A stretch of 57,518 nt of DNA. It comes from a virus (lineage: Duplodnaviria > Heunggongvirae > Uroviricota > Caudoviricetes). The stretch lies in IMG/VR virus record IMGVR_UViG_2861048470_000006. The stretch is one strand, 5' to 3'. This document shows, one piece after another, positions 53,402-57,518 of this stretch (within the stretch, counting starts at the first letter, position 1; every line of letters begins with the position of its first letter). The notes beneath the pieces were generated by a model that was given only the letters and a program-made list of their open reading frames with translations, was not told where the DNA came from and searched no databases. A program made the translations under genes and the position numbers.

Positions 53402-55882
53402 ATGAGTAAAGTCTTTATTTGCGCCGCCATTCCGGACGAACAGGCAATAAAGGAAGAAGGTGCAGTTGCTGTAGCCACTGCCATTGAAGCCGGTGACGAA
53501 CGCCGCGCCCGTGCCAAATTTACCTGGCAATTCCTGGAGCAATATCCGGCTGCTCAGGACTGCGCTTATAAATTTCTTGTCTGCGAGGATAAACCCGGCA
53601 TGCCCCGCCCTGCTATCGACTCCTGGGATACCGAATATATGCAGGAAAACCGCTGGAATGAGGAAGGCGCTTCCTTTGTCCCGGTCGAAGCAGAATCCGA
53701 TCCGATGAACGTCAATTTTGACAAGCTGTCCCTTGAAGTACAGAACGCGGTCCTGGTTAAGTTCGGTACATGTGAAAACATCACCGTTGATATGGTGATT
53801 AGTGCACAGGAATTGTTGCAGGAGGACATGGCAACATTCGACGGGCATATCGTTGAGGCATTGATGAAAATGCCTGAAGTTAACGTCATGTATTCAGAAC
53901 TAAAGCTGTTCGCCATCGGGTGGGTTAAACATAAATGTAAGCCGGGCGCAAAATGGCCTGAGATCCAGACAGAATTACGCACCTGGAAAAAACGTCGCGA
54001 AGCCGAACGCAAAGAAACCGGGAAATACACGTCTGTTGTTGATCTCGCCTACGCCAGAGTCAACCGGCAGAACACTGAAAACTCAACAGGAAAAATCCAC
54101 CCTGTCACTGCCGCCATTCGTCGCGAATACAAGCAGACATGGAAAACACTGGATGATGAACTGGCCTACGCTCTCTGGCCTGGTGATGTGGATGCCGGAA
54201 ACATTGACGGCAGCATCCATCGCTGGGCAAAAAATGAAGTTATCGACAACGACCGCGAAGACTGGAAGCGTATCTCGGCATCAATGCGCAAACAGCCTGA
54301 TGCCCTTCGCTACGACCGCCAGACTATTTTTGGCCTTGTCCGTGAACGTCCGATCGACATTCACAAAGACCCTGTGGCACTGAACAAATACATTACTGAA
54401 TACCTGACTACAAAGGGCGTGTTTGAAGATGAAGGAACAAATCAGAGCGCAACTGATACTCTCTCGTCGCCAGTACCAGAAACTGATGCAGTGGAAACGG
54501 CAATTCCGGACAACGAAAAAACCGAATGCAAAGTGGAAGTCGAACCATCTGTAGAGCGTGAGGGGCCGTTCTACTTCCTCTTCACCGACAAGGATGGCGA
54601 AAAATACGGTCGCGCAAACAAACTTTCTGGTCTGGATAAGGCACTGGCTGCCGGGGCTACTGAAATCACGAAAGAAGAATATTTCGCCCGCAAAAACGGT
54701 ACATACTCAGGTTCACAACAAAATACTGGTGCATCTGACACGACCGCACAACCAGGGCCGGTAAAAGTTACCGCTGACGAAGTAAACAAAATTATGCAGG
54801 CAGCCAATATCAGCCAGCCTGACGCCGATAAGTTGCTTGCTGCCTCTCGCGGAGAATTTGTTGCAGGGATTAGCGACCCGAATGATCCGAAATGGGTTAA
54901 GGGGATCCAGACCCGCGATTCTGTAAACCAGAACCAGCATGAATCGGAACGGAACTACCAAAAAGCGGAACAAAACAGCCCAAATGCGTTACAAAACGAG
55001 CCAGAAACGAAACAGCCTGAACCAGTGGCGCAACAGGAACCGGAAAAGATCTGCACCGCCTGCGGTCAGAGCGGTGGCGGCAACTGCCCTGAATGTGGTG
55101 CGGTGATGGGCGACGCAACATACCAGGAAACATTCGATGACAAGAACCAGGTTGAAGTTCAGGAAGACGATTCGGAGAAAATGGAAGGCGCTGAACATCC
55201 ACACAAGGAGAATGCTGGCAGCGCTCAGGACCACGCCAGCGATAGTGAAACTGGCGAGACGGCAGATTCCTTAATTTCGGTGAACGGTCATCACGTTATC
55301 ACATCCACCAGCAGAGTGTGGTACCACCTGATGATCGACCTTGAAACAATGGGAACCAACACCAATGCGCCCATCGTGGTTATTGGTGCGGTTTTCTTCG
55401 ACCCACAAACAGGGGAAATCGGGCCAGTATTTTATATCGTTATCAGTCTGACTGACGCAATGAATACAGGGGCTGTTCCTGACGGTGGAACCATCGAATG
55501 GTGGCTGAAGCAGTCCAGTGAAGCCAGAGCTGCCATTTTAACAGACCAGGTAAAACTGAAGGATGCCCTTTCGCAGTTTCGGGAGTTCATCAACGAATAC
55601 TCAGATGAAAAATTCGTTCAGGTATGGGGTAATGGTGCGACTTTCGATAACGCAATTTTGCGCACCTCATACGAACGTCTGGACATCCCCTGCCCGTGGC
55701 GCTACCACAACGATCGCGATGTACGCACAATCGTTGAGCTGGGAAAAACAATCGACTTTGATGCCAGAACCGTTATTCCATTCGAAGGCGTGCGCCACAA
55801 TGCACTGGATGACGCCCGTCACCAGGCAAAATACGTTACAGCTACGATACAAAAACTGATCCCGAGTCAGGCTGATTTTTAA
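53402..55882 (+). CDS. large phage exonuclease-domain protein (C-terminal DEDDh 3'-5' exonuclease fold; internal CxxC...CxxC zinc ribbon)
   Basis: 826-aa ORF; Exo motifs MIDLETMG, WGNGATFD, HNALDDARHQ; CTACGQSGGGNCPECG. Confidence 0.7.
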   Translation: MSKVFICAAIPDEQAIKEEGAVAVATAIEAGDERRARAKFTWQFLEQYPAAQDCAYKFLVCEDKPGMPRPAIDSWDTEYMQENRWNEEGASFVPVEAESDPMNVNFDKLSLEVQNAVLVKFGTCENITVDMVISAQELLQEDMATFDGHIVEALMKMPEVNVMYSELKLFAIGWVKHKCKPGAKWPEIQTELRTWKKRREAERKETGKYTSVVDLAYARVNRQNTENSTGKIHPVTAAIRREYKQTWKTLDDELAYALWPGDVDAGNIDGSIHRWAKNEVIDNDREDWKRISASMRKQPDALRYDRQTIFGLVRERPIDIHKDPVALNKYITEYLTTKGVFEDEGTNQSATDTLSSPVPETDAVETAIPDNEKTECKVEVEPSVEREGPFYFLFTDKDGEKYGRANKLSGLDKALAAGATEITKEEYFARKNGTYSGSQQNTGASDTTAQPGPVKVTADEVNKIMQAANISQPDADKLLAASRGEFVAGISDPNDPKWVKGIQTRDSVNQNQHESERNYQKAEQNSPNALQNEPETKQPEPVAQQEPEKICTACGQSGGGNCPECGAVMGDATYQETFDDKNQVEVQEDDSEKMEGAEHPHKENAGSAQDHASDSETGETADSLISVNGHHVITSTSRVWYHLMIDLETMGTNTNAPIVVIGAVFFDPQTGEIGPVFYIVISLTDAMNTGAVPDGGTIEWWLKQSSEARAAILTDQVKLKDALSQFREFINEYSDEKFVQVWGNGATFDNAILRTSYERLDIPCPWRYHNDRDVRTIVELGKTIDFDARTVIPFEGVRHNALDDARHQAKYVTATIQKLIPSQADF

Positions 55883-55951
55883 TGTTCAACCATCGCCGGT
55901 TGTGACTGGTATTCTGCAACCGGCGCTCATCTGAAGTAAGAGATAAAAGCG

Positions 55952-56203
55952 ATGAGCGAAGTAATCATGATTGTCTCTCCCGGTAAATGGGTATCCGAAG
56001 AACAGCTAATTGCGCTGAAAGGAATAAAAAAGGGAACACTAAAAAAAGCCAGGGAAAAATCGTTTATGGAAGGAAGGGAATATAAGCATGTAGCCCATGA
56101 CGGTATGCCATGGGATAACAGCCCATGCTTTTACAACCTGGAAGAAATTGATCGCTGGATTGAACGTCAGGCATCAGCAAGACCAAGACGTCATCTTACT
56201 TGA
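55952..56203 (+). CDS. excisionase-like protein
   Basis: 83-aa ORF immediately upstream of integrase; assignment by position and size. Confidence 0.5.
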   Translation: MSEVIMIVSPGKWVSEEQLIALKGIKKGTLKKAREKSFMEGREYKHVAHDGMPWDNSPCFYNLEEIDRWIERQASARPRRHLT

Positions 56204-56222
56204 CTAAAAACAATACTAACCA

Positions 56223-57518
56223 ATGAGAGAAGCTAAAATGAAATATCCGACAGGCGTGGAAAACCATGGAGGGAAATTACGTATCTGGTTTGTTTATAAA
56301 GGTGTAAGAGTCAGGGAAAATCTGGGGGTTCCTGACACGACAAAAAACAGGCGCATTGCAGGTGAGCTGCGCGCCTCTGTTTGTTATGCAATAAAAACCG
56401 GCGTTTTCGACTATGCAAAACAGTTTCCCTCCTCACACAATCTGGAAAAATTTGGTGAGGCCCGGCAAGATTTAACCATAAAGGAACTGGCTGAAAAATT
56501 TCTGGCACTGAAAGAAACGGAAGTCGCAAAAACGTCACTCAACACGTACCGTGCCGTCATCAAAAATATTCTGAGCATAATCGGTGAAAAAAATCTTGCC
56601 TCGTCGATTAATAAAGAAAAATTGCTGGCGGTACGTAAAGAGTTACTTACTGGATACCAGATCCCCAAAAGTAATTATATTGTTACGCAACCGGGGAGAT
56701 CGGCTGTCACCGTAAATAATTACATGACAAATCTTTACGCCGTGTTCCAGTTTGGTGTTGATAACGGTTACCTGGCAGATAATCCGTTTAAGGGGATCTC
56801 GCCATTAAAGGAATCAAGAACCATTCCTGATCCTCTTTCACGGGAGGAATTTATCCGTCTTATCGACGCCTGCAGAAATCAGCAGGCCAAAAATTTATGG
56901 TGTGTTTCTGTTTATACAGGCATTCGCCCTGGTGAACTGTGTGCGCTTGGGTGGGAGGACATAGATCTGAAAAATGGAACAATGATGATCAGGAGAAATT
57001 TAGCAAAAGATCGTTTTACGGTACCGAAAACACAGGCTGGTACCAATCGGGTAATTCACCTTATCAAGCCTGCAATCGACGCTCTCAGGAGTCAGATGAC
57101 ACTAACGAGGCTGAGCAAAGAACATATTATTGACGTTCACCTCAGAGAGTTCGGCAGAACAGAAAAACAAAAATGCACCTTTGTTTTTCAACCTGAAGTG
57201 TCAGCGAGAGTAAAAAATTATGGTGACCATTTTACCGTTGACTCAATAAGGCAGATGTGGGACGCAGCGATAAAGCGCGCTGGCCTCCGCCACCGCAAAT
57301 CATATCAGTCGAGACATACTTATGCCTGCTGGTCGCTGACAGCCGGTGCCAACCCGGCATTCATAGCAAACCAGATGGGACATGCAGATGCGCAAATGGT
57401 GTTTCAGGTATACGGGAAATGGATGTCTGAAAACAATAATGCACAGGTAGCCCTGCTAAATACACAGCTAAGCGAGTTTGCCCCAACCATGCCCCAAAAC
57501 GAGGTGGCGCAAAATTAA
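56223..57518 (+). CDS. int: tyrosine integrase
   Basis: 431-aa ORF with C-terminal catalytic residues (…RHTYAC…HADAQMVFQVYGKW); stop codon is the last triplet of the window. Confidence 0.9.
   Translation: MREAKMKYPTGVENHGGKLRIWFVYKGVRVRENLGVPDTTKNRRIAGELRASVCYAIKTGVFDYAKQFPSSHNLEKFGEARQDLTIKELAEKFLALKETEVAKTSLNTYRAVIKNILSIIGEKNLASSINKEKLLAVRKELLTGYQIPKSNYIVTQPGRSAVTVNNYMTNLYAVFQFGVDNGYLADNPFKGISPLKESRTIPDPLSREEFIRLIDACRNQQAKNLWCVSVYTGIRPGELCALGWEDIDLKNGTMMIRRNLAKDRFTVPKTQAGTNRVIHLIKPAIDALRSQMTLTRLSKEHIIDVHLREFGRTEKQKCTFVFQPEVSARVKNYGDHFTVDSIRQMWDAAIKRAGLRHRKSYQSRHTYACWSLTAGANPAFIANQMGHADAQMVFQVYGKWMSENNNAQVALLNTQLSEFAPTMPQNEVAQN

Overview
The window is an Enterobacteriaceae (E. coli-like) chromosomal segment almost entirely occupied by one lambda-like prophage of Qin-type layout, with its late operon on the minus strand. 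All calls rest on reading the sequence and ORF track against remembered protein families; no search was run. Order: host MFS transporter gene (ydfJ-like, 5'-truncated at the junction, 1-1284); tail fibre and tail genes (tfa, stf, lom, J, I, K, L, M, H, G/T with GGGAAAG frameshift site, V, U, Z); head genes (FII, FI, E, D, C, B, W, A, Nu1); cos; ylcI-like and bor; lysis cassette (holin, membrane protein, GH108-type endolysin); tRNA-Thr/tRNA-Gly pair; orphan DNA methyltransferase; an insulated moron with a 427-aa HslV/proteasome-like protein; Q antiterminator; rusA, DUF968 and hok; an AT-rich three-gene ParA-like operon; a DUF2254 plus BCCT transporter module; IS3 carrying a nested ISEc8-like element; IS100 disrupting a replication-region gene; a replication initiator with in-gene iterons; cro/cI; ydfABC-dicF-dicB-ydfD; an exonuclease; xis; and int, whose stop is the last base of the window. 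A third IS (IS66 family) sits exactly at the U/V junction with an 8-bp target duplication. The two best candidates for an undescribed system are the ParA-like operon (36889-38920) and the HslV-like cassette (32010-33466). Coordinates taken from the ORF track are exact; IS ends, duplications, cos and the frameshift site were anchored to track codons; tRNA, hairpin and repeat coordinates may be off by 1-2 bp.
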